From a virus, in the IMG/VR virus record IMGVR_UViG_3300011271_000002, positions 32,001 through 96,000 of that record: a DNA stretch of 64,000 nt. The stretch is one strand, 5' to 3'. Each line of letters begins with the position of its first letter. The first letter of the stretch is position 1. Made by a program: the position numbers and the translations under genes. The notes under the pieces were generated by a model, which worked only from the letters and a program-made list of their open reading frames with translations, did no database searches and had not been told where the DNA came from. Below are positions 27,249 to 36,413 of this stretch, piece after piece.

Positions 27249-27895
27249 CCTCTCCTCCTGGACTGGCCAGAACATATTCTTCTGGCGGTGCTGAAATTTA
27301 CGCCGAACAAAGTCCCAAGAGCCACGTAGCTTAGTCCTTCTATTCGTTTCTCTTTTAGGCTCTGGATCTGGCGATGATCAAGCGTGGCGGCATGATGGTT
27401 TTCGCCGAAAGGCACATTCGGAATCCTAAGTCCAGTGCGATAGGCGTGCTTCAAATTATCTGATCGGGTCAGATACTCCAGATTCAACAATTTCGGATTG
27501 CCTTTATTGCCATCCTTGTGATTCACCTCGAGTCCTTCAGGTGCGGGGCCGAGGAAGGCGCTGGCGACCAGAACGTGGACTTGAAAGTTTGTCTCGTGAT
27601 TGTCCTTGGATAATTGAACCGCTAAATATTCCGCGCACCATCCCGGTACCAGTTTACGCATGCGTCCAGTGCGAGCATTTCTGACACGGCCCATGTCGCT
27701 GACTTCATAAAGTCCTTCAAAGTCAACGACTGGTTTCCAGCGCTCTAATGCCTCTGCCAGTTTTAACGCGTTCCAGTCCTCAATGATCTTCCTGGCGCTG
27801 CATTCTAGCCCATTCACACAGTTCATGCAGATTACTGAATCGTGAAGGCGGGCGAGTTCCAGCATAGACTCGCCGGCCCAGTCTCGCGGCTCCAT
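27245..27895 (-). CDS. NUMOD4-HNH homing endonuclease with N-terminal extension
   Basis: ERWKPVVDFEGLYEVSDMGRVR, VHVLVASAF, VNHKDGNKGN..LLNLEY. Confidence 0.88.
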   Translation of the reverse strand: MEPRDWAGESMLELARLHDSVICMNCVNGLECSARKIIEDWNALKLAEALERWKPVVDFEGLYEVSDMGRVRNARTGRMRKLVPGWCAEYLAVQLSKDNHETNFQVHVLVASAFLGPAPEGLEVNHKDGNKGNPKLLNLEYLTRSDNLKHAYRTGLRIPNVPFGENHHAATLDHRQIQSLKEKRIEGLSYVALGTLFGVNFSTARRICSGQSRRRG

Positions 27896-27897
27896 CG

Positions 27898-28440
27898 CTA
27901 AGCCTCGACTTCCGCCGTTTCGTTCTCGGCTTCGGTTTCCTCTGGGACGCTTTTCGATATCAGCCTCAATTGAGCTTCCGCTGCTTTCACGGCCGTCGCA
28001 TTGCCTGGCTGTATATCGCAATCGAATGGATCTTTTCTCATGGCGTGCATCGCCTGGTGCATGGCAGCGTCCTCGTCGATCATTGCGAAGTGAAAAGAAA
28101 TGAGACACTGCTCGTCGTTCTTGTGTTTTTTTACCACAAAGCTATCCACCTTCAACGAGCCGAATCTAAGTTCATTATCGATCTTGATTCGCCCATCCGT
28201 GGTCGCCTGTTTGGGGCGAATTATCAACGACGCCGCAACCATCTCCAAGTCAAGCCCCCAAGTTCGCACCTCGGCATCTTCTTCATTTCGGCGTTTGTAA
28301 ACCTCCTTGAGGCCCATCTGATCGGCCACCAGTTGATCGAATCGAGCGCTTACGGTTACGGTTGTAAGGCAGCTCGATCCCAATTTTAGCGTCGCGCCGC
28401 GAAAGTTCGCGTCAAGTAGTCTGATACGTTTTCTTGCCAT
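27898..28440 (-). CDS. Hypothetical protein
   Basis: AAGGAG SD. Confidence 0.65.
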   Translation of the reverse strand: MARKRIRLLDANFRGATLKLGSSCLTTVTVSARFDQLVADQMGLKEVYKRRNEEDAEVRTWGLDLEMVAASLIIRPKQATTDGRIKIDNELRFGSLKVDSFVVKKHKNDEQCLISFHFAMIDEDAAMHQAMHAMRKDPFDCDIQPGNATAVKAAEAQLRLISKSVPEETEAENETAEVEA

Positions 28441-28455
28441 GATTCTCCTTGGATT

Positions 28456-30255
28456 CTAATCGAACAAATTCCGGTCTGCCCTAACCTCGCCGCGCGGAAG
28501 TACTTCAACCAATCCTCTAGCCTTGAGCCGCTGAATGTATGCATCACGGCTGGACCGGGCATAACCAGTCGGCTCATCCAGCGAATCGCGCTGAAGCGGT
28601 TCCCCGGCAGCCGCTATCAGCAACGCCAGAATCTTGGCCTCACCGTCGGGGAGCTTGTGCTCCCAATATTCCTGTAGCGCCGAGCCGGTGGGCAGCGGCT
28701 CGAAGTCACCTAGCGCAGCGATACCTTCCGGCGTGGCCGTGATGATAGGCCCATCCTCGACGTATCCCTTTTCTCGCAGGCGCTGAATGTAGGCGTCGCG
28801 CGAGGAGCGCCTGTAGCCGGTGAGTACGCGGAGTCGATTGCGTTCGCAGCCTTCTGGATAGGTGGCGCAGGCCGTCAGCACGGCTCGTTCTCCGGGCGGG
28901 AGTTTCACATTGCCGTTATTGGCGGATGGCGGGCGCTGGCTGACCGATCGGGCCGATCGCGGCGGGATCTTTGGCGCTTGTCGGTCAAGTAAAGCTCGCG
29001 GCAAGATTGGTGGTCGTTCGATTTCTTCCGGCTGCACCGGCAGCGCCTTGTCCACAGCCGCGATCGCCAGGTTGATCGCTTCGACCGCACCTGAGCCAAG
29101 ATTCTTGATAGTGTGCGATCGATCCGCTCCACAGCGGATTTCGACATTGAGCGGCAGGGCGTCATCGATTTCGCGCTTCGCGAGCTTCAGCGTACCAACG
29201 ATCTCGCCGCGGATGCGTTTGCGCTCAGCCTTGACGCCACGTTCGTAGGCGGCGATGAGTTTCTCTTGACTCACGGCTTTGGACGGAGATGGCACTGGCG
29301 CGGCGATGCTGGCCTTGCTCGCCAATTGCTTCCTGAGCGTGGATACTTCGGCGCGGAGTTCCTTCTCTGTCGCCAGCTTCTTTTCCGATTCTCCCGGCTC
29401 AGCCAATTGTGCAAGAATCCGCTGGATTTCGGCTGGCGCAGCCGTGGGCGCAGTCATTCTGGAACCGAGTCGAGGTGATTCTGTCACTGTAGGACCGACG
29501 AATACCTCCATAACCTCATCACTGAAAGCTGGACCGAATGTATAGAAGTGTCCCTTATGGAGCCCACGAATCAACTGCTCGTCCTTCCGTCCGATGCCGA
29601 GATATCGCATCGCGCGTGCGACATCAATGTCGAGCGTTGATTTGCCGATCATCATATTATGGGCTTCAGAAATGGCGTTCTTGTCCAGCTTCGAGAGCCG
29701 CTGCGTGGCAAGGATCGGACATAGCAGCCGCTTCCGCGCTTGGGCCATCAGTGTGATGACTGAATTTCGCGACGCGGCCTCTCCCTCGCCCTTCTCGGGC
29801 GCGAACGCATGAGCTTCGTCGAGCACAACCATGCACGGGTGCCGAAGGTTCTTTGGTGCGTTAAGAAGTGCATCGATAAAGTTCTTGACGAACAGCACTC
29901 GACCGTCGGGGTTCAGTTCGTACAGATCGATAATGCACGAGACGCGCAGTTCCAAAAGTCGCAACGCCAGACTATCAGCCTTATGCGGATCGGCAGGACA
30001 ATCGCCATTCTGCCCGGCAAGCACATAGGGGAATTTCTCGCGCAAAGTGTAAAACTCGCCCTCGGGGTCGATTACGATCTGCTGCACCTGGCCGTGAGTC
30101 TGTTCAAGTATCCGGCGGATAGCGTGACTCTTTCCGCCGCCCGAAATGGCCGTTAGAACGAGCCTGGTTTCGATCAAGCGCTCGATGTCAATACGAACGT
30201 CGGCTCCTTCGACTTTGCTTATGCCATCCGTTGCTTTTCCTAGAACTGGCTTCAT
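28456..30255 (-). CDS. HerA/DUF87-like ATPase with tandem C-terminal winged helices
   Basis: Walker A AISGGGKS, VIDPEGEF, Walker B VVLDEAH, ARKR, ATQR; duplicated TGY.RSSRDAYIQRL...G.VE. Confidence 0.85.
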   Translation of the reverse strand: MKPVLGKATDGISKVEGADVRIDIERLIETRLVLTAISGGGKSHAIRRILEQTHGQVQQIVIDPEGEFYTLREKFPYVLAGQNGDCPADPHKADSLALRLLELRVSCIIDLYELNPDGRVLFVKNFIDALLNAPKNLRHPCMVVLDEAHAFAPEKGEGEAASRNSVITLMAQARKRLLCPILATQRLSKLDKNAISEAHNMMIGKSTLDIDVARAMRYLGIGRKDEQLIRGLHKGHFYTFGPAFSDEVMEVFVGPTVTESPRLGSRMTAPTAAPAEIQRILAQLAEPGESEKKLATEKELRAEVSTLRKQLASKASIAAPVPSPSKAVSQEKLIAAYERGVKAERKRIRGEIVGTLKLAKREIDDALPLNVEIRCGADRSHTIKNLGSGAVEAINLAIAAVDKALPVQPEEIERPPILPRALLDRQAPKIPPRSARSVSQRPPSANNGNVKLPPGERAVLTACATYPEGCERNRLRVLTGYRRSSRDAYIQRLREKGYVEDGPIITATPEGIAALGDFEPLPTGSALQEYWEHKLPDGEAKILALLIAAAGEPLQRDSLDEPTGYARSSRDAYIQRLKARGLVEVLPRGEVRADRNLFD

Positions 30256-30623
30256 TTGCGTTCCTGCCCGCTGGCGGCTGGCAGCAGAAACCGTGCATCG
30301 ATCTGCCGCTGCGACTCTGTCCGCGCCGGAATGTCGGCGGAGAATTCGTAATTCACGCTCTCGCGCGGCTTCGGCGCACATTTACTGCACCAGGGCAACA
30401 GATCGAGAATCGGCCCGCTCATCGGGATTATTTCACTGTGCGGGTTCGGGCGCTTGATCAGATAGGTGCAATTCGGATTCGCGTGGAGATGCCCGACGTT
30501 GACGTGGTGATTCTCCGCGTCGTACAGCCCGCCAGGACCGTGCGCCTGCACTACCGTCAGCCGGGCCCAGGCTCGGGCAAATGGCGCTGGCGTTCGACTG
30601 GCTGGAGTCACAGACCGGCTCAC
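30252..30623 (-). CDS. Hypothetical protein
   Basis: Coupled at both ends; H..PNC, WCSKC. Confidence 0.5.
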   Translation of the reverse strand: MSRSVTPASRTPAPFARAWARLTVVQAHGPGGLYDAENHHVNVGHLHANPNCTYLIKRPNPHSEIIPMSGPILDLLPWCSKCAPKPRESVNYEFSADIPARTESQRQIDARFLLPAASGQERK

Positions 30624-30904
30624 CTAATCCTCCGGATGCTTATCTTTTTAGTTCCGTCCGGCAACGTCTCGATTATCTCGGACATCGCGAACGTCTCGTC
30701 GGTCTTGAGGATGTTCAAGGCGCGGATCTGCTTGTCGGACGGAGAGTAATAATCCTCCAACAAGGCAGACGTGCAGTGCAGATCATCATCAAGACCGAAA
30801 TCGGCGATAAGGGAAATCTTGTGCTTTTTGCAGATGGCTAGGATCTGGGCCATCAGTGGCTCGATTTGACTGTCATATATTTCTTCTTTGCTCATGAATG
30901 GCAC
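30620..30904 (-). CDS. Hypothetical phage protein
   Basis: KEEIYDSQIEPLMAQILAICKKHKI. Confidence 0.65.
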   Translation of the reverse strand: MPFMSKEEIYDSQIEPLMAQILAICKKHKISLIADFGLDDDLHCTSALLEDYYSPSDKQIRALNILKTDETFAMSEIIETLPDGTKKISIRRIR

Positions 30905-31359
30905 CCAAGAATCTCTTTCGCCCTATCTACCGCTTGATCGGTCATGGAAACCAATTGCACGAGTGGGCTAGACGCGTCCACTCTCCGATCACGAAGATGT
31001 GAGCAGCAAGCGAAGTGGCGGCGGCGCTCAGATTTAAGATAGTATTGGCATTTTCGGCAAACTGATCGCGGGACGTAAAAGACGAGTCGTTGTCCTTCGC
31101 GTCGCGAGAACATCGGGTATTTTCCACGACACAGTTCTTGAGCTTCGCAGTTGGAAACCGATTCCTTCAGCGCGGCGCTGGCCTGCTTGCCATCGGCGTC
31201 GATGACCGGGTATAGCTTAATGCCGGATTTGGTAACCGCGCCCTGGTCGCAGAATGCATAGCCTGATCGCACGAAATGTATGCGCCCCAGTTTGAAGTCT
31301 CGCTGGTCACGCGCAATCGTGACCATTAGTTGTGATAGTGCGCCTTGCCTTCTAGCCAT
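30892..31359 (-). CDS. Hypothetical protein
   Basis: ORF in the operon; Cys-rich. Confidence 0.55.
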   Translation of the reverse strand: MARRQGALSQLMVTIARDQRDFKLGRIHFVRSGYAFCDQGAVTKSGIKLYPVIDADGKQASAALKESVSNCEAQELCRGKYPMFSRREGQRLVFYVPRSVCRKCQYYLKSERRRHFACCSHLRDRRVDASSPLVQLVSMTDQAVDRAKEILGCHS

Positions 31360-31366
31360 ACCAAAT

Positions 31367-32584
31367 TCAGTCTTTCTTCAGGCCAGCCTTCGCCTGCAAC
31401 TCTTCCTCAAGCCAGCGCATGAAGGCAATCTTATCGCCGCGAAACTTACCAAGGAACTCCTCGAGCTGAGGGCGATTTTGCGCGTGGCCCAAAGATTTTA
31501 GTCCAGCCTGCACGCTCTTAAATTCCTCGCTATTGAAAGCGCCAATAGAGATCCCCGTGCTGGTTCCAGATTGTGTCTGCGACTCGCCGCCGTTTGTTTG
31601 TTTCTCGGTTGACTTGTCAGTGGCTGGCGTACTGGCCCCGGTCGGCTGGCTTCCCTTTGCGTCGCCGGCAGGAGCTCCGGTTGCTCTTTTTAATTTATCC
31701 TTCAAGGACTCACTGCCTGGTTCTTCGTCCGCCCCATCCTCGGCACGTTTTGCAGCCATAACGTCGCGCCACGTTGTGTGCCCTTCCCTGATAGCTGTGT
31801 ACAGTTCACGCAAGGCGGCAAGCTCCGCAGGCGCGACCTGGCTCAATTCGGTTTCAAGATACTCCTTCAAATGGGATGGGAGAATGTTTAATTTCAGGAA
31901 CGCGTCGGCGATCTCTTTGCGTTCCGAATCTGGATCATCCTTGATCTTGGCCGCGATGGTTGTATTGATTGCCAACAGGCATTCTGCTTTCAGATCTGGG
32001 GGAATGACGCGTTCAATGCCGGTGCGTGACGCTTTACTCACCAGCGAATTTTCCTTTGTCAACAATTCTTCGTCGGTCGCCCGGACAATGGCTATCGTGC
32101 CGCCATCTGCCTTTTGCCGAAAGCGCACCACCTCCCTGCCAGCATGATCTTTTCTCTCTATCGTCTTGAGGATTACTACGTCCTTGGTCCAGGTAACATT
32201 GCGCTCTAGATCCATGACCGTCACGCAAATCGTGCGTTGATATTCATCCTCAACGATACAGGGCGCACTCACATACATATTGCCGAGATGAGCCATAGCG
32301 GATTCGGCGAATCTGATCGTGAATCCCTCGCCGCGATTTGGAATTTTGTATCGTGCGGCCTTAGCAAACTCAGGGCGCTGACAATCCTTGAGTAGTCTTG
32401 CGCGAACGTCATCCATGTCCCGCCGATTAAGCATGGCCATCGAGTAGCGGGCTTCGACCTCAGCCTTAGCCTTCGCTGCCTGCGCGATGGCAGACCGTTC
32501 AGCCTGCATCATCATCTCGCGCTCGCCAAATCCCTCGCGCACCTTCAAGCTCACCTGGGGTGCGGTAATTTCGGTACTTGCCAT
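31367..32584 (-). CDS. Putative single-strand annealing / recombination protein
   Basis: Directly after YqaJ; ARYKIP..EGFTIRFAE...LGN; AGGAG SD; low-complexity C-terminal linker. Confidence 0.6.
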   Translation of the reverse strand: MASTEITAPQVSLKVREGFGEREMMMQAERSAIAQAAKAKAEVEARYSMAMLNRRDMDDVRARLLKDCQRPEFAKAARYKIPNRGEGFTIRFAESAMAHLGNMYVSAPCIVEDEYQRTICVTVMDLERNVTWTKDVVILKTIERKDHAGREVVRFRQKADGGTIAIVRATDEELLTKENSLVSKASRTGIERVIPPDLKAECLLAINTTIAAKIKDDPDSERKEIADAFLKLNILPSHLKEYLETELSQVAPAELAALRELYTAIREGHTTWRDVMAAKRAEDGADEEPGSESLKDKLKRATGAPAGDAKGSQPTGASTPATDKSTEKQTNGGESQTQSGTSTGISIGAFNSEEFKSVQAGLKSLGHAQNRPQLEEFLGKFRGDKIAFMRWLEEELQAKAGLKKD

Positions 32585-32605
32585 GACAATTCTCCTTCTC
32601 TTGAA

Positions 32606-33472
32606 CTATTTGAAATTCTTGTGAAGCCGCCTATGATCTGGGACCACGTATGATCGTGGGCCACCCCGCACCTTCTTGAATGTCACCGTGCCTCCGGACC
32701 AGATAAATCCTTCGCTTTCGGCGATGGCGAATTTAAGCCGCGCTTCTAGGTCTTTCTTGTTTTTTTCCGCGATATCGAATTCTTCATCAGCCAGACGGTA
32801 GCAATTCAACAAGTCTTCTTCTTCTAGCGTGGGTGTTCGCAAGGCCCCATCATTATCAGGGAAACGCTTCTTCAGCCATTCCAATGTTGAATCGGTAGCC
32901 GTTATTTCAGGAGCCTTGCCGTTCAGAACATGATCAACCCAAAATCTTTCGCCCGCCTCGACCAGCATCGCTTCGACTTCCTCGTCGCGAACCACGATAT
33001 ATACCTTCAAGTTGTGCCCGCCGAAAAGAGCGGCTACGTCCCATCGCTCGCGTTCCGGCAGCGCCGACAGGCTCCAATGGCACTGTAAGGCAATCCTGTC
33101 GGGAACTTCCGCGGTACCGGGTTCGCCGAACTTGCCAGCCTGATCCCAGGCCACATTTTTGCAATCTACGCCGATCGGTTCATGGACCACGAAGGCATCG
33201 GGGGTCAGAACTTGATACGGATGCCGGCCCAATATCGTTTTGTCGAACCATTCAATTTCGCGATTTGTCTCGATAGCGTAGCCCTGGGCAATCGCTTGCT
33301 CCAGTAATCGGCCCCAACGCACGCGCGGATTTGAAGCAAAGTCTTCTTGTTCGACCTGGCCGGTCTTAGCGAGCCAGAGATCAAACGCTGAACGCGTGGG
33401 ATGCAGTCCCACCACGCAGGCGATCTCGCTGGCACCTATACCTTTCGAGCGAAGGGCGACATCAACAGGCAT
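32606..33472 (-). CDS. YqaJ-like viral recombinase exonuclease
   Basis: R..GIGASEIA..G, LWLAKTG, WGRLLE, TPD, DCK, QC.W. Confidence 0.9.
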   Translation of the reverse strand: MPVDVALRSKGIGASEIACVVGLHPTRSAFDLWLAKTGQVEQEDFASNPRVRWGRLLEQAIAQGYAIETNREIEWFDKTILGRHPYQVLTPDAFVVHEPIGVDCKNVAWDQAGKFGEPGTAEVPDRIALQCHWSLSALPERERWDVAALFGGHNLKVYIVVRDEEVEAMLVEAGERFWVDHVLNGKAPEITATDSTLEWLKKRFPDNDGALRTPTLEEEDLLNCYRLADEEFDIAEKNKKDLEARLKFAIAESEGFIWSGGTVTFKKVRGGPRSYVVPDHRRLHKNFK

Positions 33473-33738
33473 TAGCTTTTGGCCTGCTCGAATACATGAA
33501 AGACTAGAGAGCCCTCCATCAATTGATAGGTTCCGATGTACCGCAGATCGTCACGGATGAACTCGTGCCCGGTGCCGACAATGCGGAAAGATCTGTGCTC
33601 GTTTTGTTGTCCGGGATCAACGATGGCCCACACTTTGGGCTTATCGCGTTGCGTTTGAACCGCCAATATTTCTGCGCCGCGAGGCATGGCCACGGTTTGA
33701 ACGTCGGTTGTTTCTAAATCAAACTTCCAGATTTTCAT
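33472..33738 (-). CDS. Conserved phage hypothetical protein
   Basis: IWKF.L..MP.GAEIL.VQ.Q..WA.VD..GTGH..YIGT.Q..LVFHVFE. Confidence 0.75.
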   Translation of the reverse strand: MKIWKFDLETTDVQTVAMPRGAEILAVQTQRDKPKVWAIVDPGQQNEHRSFRIVGTGHEFIRDDLRYIGTYQLMEGSLVFHVFEQAKS

Positions 33739-33740
33739 GG

Positions 33741-34238
33741 CTAGTCCTTCTTCCTTGTGGGATTCTTCTTACATCTCGGCTCGTGATACCGCAATTCCAT
33801 CGCGCCTTTGAGTTGCCGGCACCATCGGCAAGGTTTGCCGTTCTTGATTTCTCCCTCGCGCCGATTCGGATTCTTGCCGCAGTTCGGCAGATGGACGTAG
33901 CGGAGCTCGAGCTTGCTCGGTCGCTTTGAATTGCAGTGCGGACACAGAGCAGTCTGGCCGACGAAGCCGACGCGCGTCTTCCGGAGCGCCGCTGACAGCG
34001 CCGACCCGGTGTTGATCCACTCATGATCGTCGATGACGCGATGGCAGCGCGGACAGCGGGAATCGTAGGTTGGCTTGCTCCGAAGATTCTGGCGCAGGGC
34101 TGCCGCGAGCCGGCCGCCAATCTGTATCCAAACCTTCGGCGGGATCTCGCGATAACAATGCGGGCACGCGGTTTTTGAAACGCGATCAATCTGGTTCACC
34201 CTTTGGGCCTCTGCGGCTCTCAACAATAATGCTCCCAT
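33741..34238 (-). CDS. Multi-Zn-finger protein
   Basis: CPHC, CPRC, CPHC, H..C..NP repeats. Confidence 0.6.
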   Translation of the reverse strand: MGALLLRAAEAQRVNQIDRVSKTACPHCYREIPPKVWIQIGGRLAAALRQNLRSKPTYDSRCPRCHRVIDDHEWINTGSALSAALRKTRVGFVGQTALCPHCNSKRPSKLELRYVHLPNCGKNPNRREGEIKNGKPCRWCRQLKGAMELRYHEPRCKKNPTRKKD

Positions 34239-34305
34239 TCGAATCGTTTGTCAAGGCTTGTGGCGGCAATCGTCATTCTGTGCCGCTTTACTGGCTTGTG
34301 TGGTT

Positions 34306-34626
34306 TCATTTTAAGTCCCCCTCAATTCCCAACTCCCTCAGCACTTGTTGGTAATCGTGGCAATGCACTCCCTTGCGCCACTGCTTGTTCTTGACGAACT
34401 TGGCAGATGACGGCCACCACTCCCACGCATCGACTCCGTTGCGAATGATCCAGTGCTGCCCTTCGTTCTTGATTGCCATCGCGAACCCGGCGCGCGCTAA
34501 CGTCGCGGCGAACTGATCTCGGGCTTCGAGGTTCGCTCGTAATCGGCGCTCGTGACGATCTGCCGCGGGCTCGTCGCGGACGAAGGGAACGATAACGCTT
34601 TTCCCGGCTGATCGGGCGTCACGCAT
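34306..34626 (-). CDS. Hypothetical protein
   Basis: N.GQHW...EWWPSSAK. Confidence 0.55.
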   Translation of the reverse strand: MRDARSAGKSVIVPFVRDEPAADRHERRLRANLEARDQFAATLARAGFAMAIKNEGQHWIIRNGVDAWEWWPSSAKFVKNKQWRKGVHCHDYQQVLRELGIEGDLK

Positions 34627-34766
34627 GGCGGCGCTTCACTGGGAATCGCTTCATTCTTTGCCGATCTTGGAGAGTATCACGCTAGGATGCTCTTCACGTT
34701 TACCGCGCACCCATGACGTAGCTCATCTGCGCCGACCACGACAGGTTTGCGGACGAACATCTGCAT

Positions 34767-34901
34767 TTAGTTTCCCGTCCTCCAGAACGCCAGCAATGTC
34801 AGCCCAAGCGCGATAACCGCGATCCAGAAAAAGATCCACAGATATGGCTGGCAGCCGCTGGTATGCTTCGGCGGGCGAGGCTGCGGCACAGGCGGCTTCA
34901 T
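34767..34901 (-). CDS. Small membrane peptide
   Basis: ATGA-coupled; one TM helix. Confidence 0.5.
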   Translation of the reverse strand: MKPPVPQPRPPKHTSGCQPYLWIFFWIAVIALGLTLLAFWRTGN

Positions 34902-35092
34902 GCGATCCGCTCCAGATTGGCTGCGCCGTAGCCTTGTGGTTTGCCTTTCGAATTGAAAAGCGGATTGTCCCACTTAACCAGAAGTCGCGAGGGCGCCACC
35001 TTCACGATGGTGCCAGGGCCGGGTCTGTAAAGCGGGTTCACGCTATTCCCACAATAGCGGACGCGGTCGTCCTTCTTTGGATCTTCGATCAT
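34898..35092 (-). CDS. Hypothetical (SH3/KOW-like) protein
   Basis: DRVRY...GTIVKV....VKWD. Confidence 0.55.
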   Translation of the reverse strand: MIEDPKKDDRVRYCGNSVNPLYRPGPGTIVKVAPSRLLVKWDNPLFNSKGKPQGYGAANLERIA

Positions 35093-35292
35093 ACCGCTGG
35101 CTGCGCGTTAACAAGTTTTATCAACGCCTTTTGCGCACTGAGTTTGTCTGGTCTCACAAAATCCGGCGTGTGTGCTCCATCAAGATAGCCAGCCCAAGAA
35201 CCGCCAGCTGACTCAATGCGTCCGCAAAGCGTGCCGTTGTGATCGCGCAATGATACAACATCGCTTGTGAAATCTTCTTCCCAGGTCCACAT
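35089..35292 (-). CDS. Hypothetical protein
   Basis: GGAG SD; coupled. Confidence 0.55.
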   Translation of the reverse strand: MWTWEEDFTSDVVSLRDHNGTLCGRIESAGGSWAGYLDGAHTPDFVRPDKLSAQKALIKLVNAQPAV

Positions 35293-35294
35293 TT

Positions 35295-35693
35295 TTACTT
35301 CTCCTCTCTAACTTTCCGCCATAACTCCGCGACATCAATCGTGTGGACAGCGCCCTGCTGACAGGCCCACTCTATCGCCTTGCGCTGGTCGGTGTGGCAT
35401 TTGATGGTCAAGCCGCTCAACAGCGCATAGAAATGAGGCTGTCTGTTTTCGAAGTTGTCGAAGCTGGACAGGAACTGCTCGAGGATTCGTTTCGAAACCT
35501 GCTTCGCCGCCGAGAGCCGCAAGCCTCTTCTGTGCAGCTCGGCGAAGATCATGATGTTCAGCGTATCGCGATTGCAGAATTCAAGAGGCCCGCGGCCGCA
35601 GCGAGCGCTATGGATGTACCGATGGTCGCGCCACCACCGAAGCTGGCGGCCGGTGATGCCGGCCAGCCGCATGACATCCACGCTACGAAGCAT
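35295..35693 (-). CDS. MerR-family HTH protein
   Basis: DVMRLAGITGRQLRWW....I, ELHRRGLRL. Confidence 0.75.
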   Translation of the reverse strand: MLRSVDVMRLAGITGRQLRWWRDHRYIHSARCGRGPLEFCNRDTLNIMIFAELHRRGLRLSAAKQVSKRILEQFLSSFDNFENRQPHFYALLSGLTIKCHTDQRKAIEWACQQGAVHTIDVAELWRKVREEK

Positions 35694-35949
35694 CGCTGCT
35701 CCTCTGTAGGTGCGTCCATGGCTCAGGGCAGACGTGCGCGAATCCCCAGCCGTGAACCTGCCAGCCTAATAGAAATACCATCATGAGCGTCACCGGCCCG
35801 GCGGCCGCCGAACCTAAGCCGCTTCGAAGATCGGAGGAGTAGTGCGAGCAGGCGAGAGCGGGAAACTCTCTCTGAAAATTGCGGACAGCGTAGCCAGCGC
35901 CTAAGAGTCCACAGCCTAGCCACGCAATCGCGATCAATACCCAAGTCAT
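35683..35949 (-). CDS. Small two-TM membrane protein
   Basis: Two hydrophobic segments; ATGA-coupled. Confidence 0.55.
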   Translation of the reverse strand: MTWVLIAIAWLGCGLLGAGYAVRNFQREFPALACSHYSSDLRSGLGSAAAGPVTLMMVFLLGWQVHGWGFAHVCPEPWTHLQRSSDAS

Positions 35950-36413
35950 GGCGTGCGGACCCATCGCTGTTTCGGTGTGACCGGATCGGCTTTGCGATTC
36001 GGGCGCGAAGCCCAGCCGTAGCCGCTCTTGTGCGTGCTCATACCGAACGGTGCCCAGCCATCCGCTCGATAGATAGTCCCCTCGTGCCCTTGCTGCGGGT
36101 CGCTATAGGAGATGAGCAGTCGAATTCCGTTGAGCCAAGTGCGCACGTGTTTGCGCATCATCGCGAGCGCTTGAGATTCAACATAGGCGGTCGTATCGTC
36201 GATAAAGTAGAGCCGATTCAATTCAAGGACAAGATCCGCGTCCAGTCCCCGCGAGGATGGCCGACCGAGGATCATCGCCCCGATCAGTTCTCGACCTTCG
36301 ACAAATTCCAGCACGTGAACGAACCCCGACGGCTTCGAACGCAGATAATGCAATTCGGCGATCCACTCTGCCGTGAGCCGCGATTCGGATGGCTGGCACC
36401 GGCGAATGTTCAC
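35946..36413 (-). CDS. Mom-like (GNAT-fold) DNA modification protein
   Basis: HY, IG....GRP, LELNRL, ES, ISYSD..QGH.GTIY.A.GW. Confidence 0.8.
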   Translation of the reverse strand: MNIRRCQPSESRLTAEWIAELHYLRSKPSGFVHVLEFVEGRELIGAMILGRPSSRGLDADLVLELNRLYFIDDTTAYVESQALAMMRKHVRTWLNGIRLLISYSDPQQGHEGTIYRADGWAPFGMSTHKSGYGWASRPNRKADPVTPKQRWVRTP

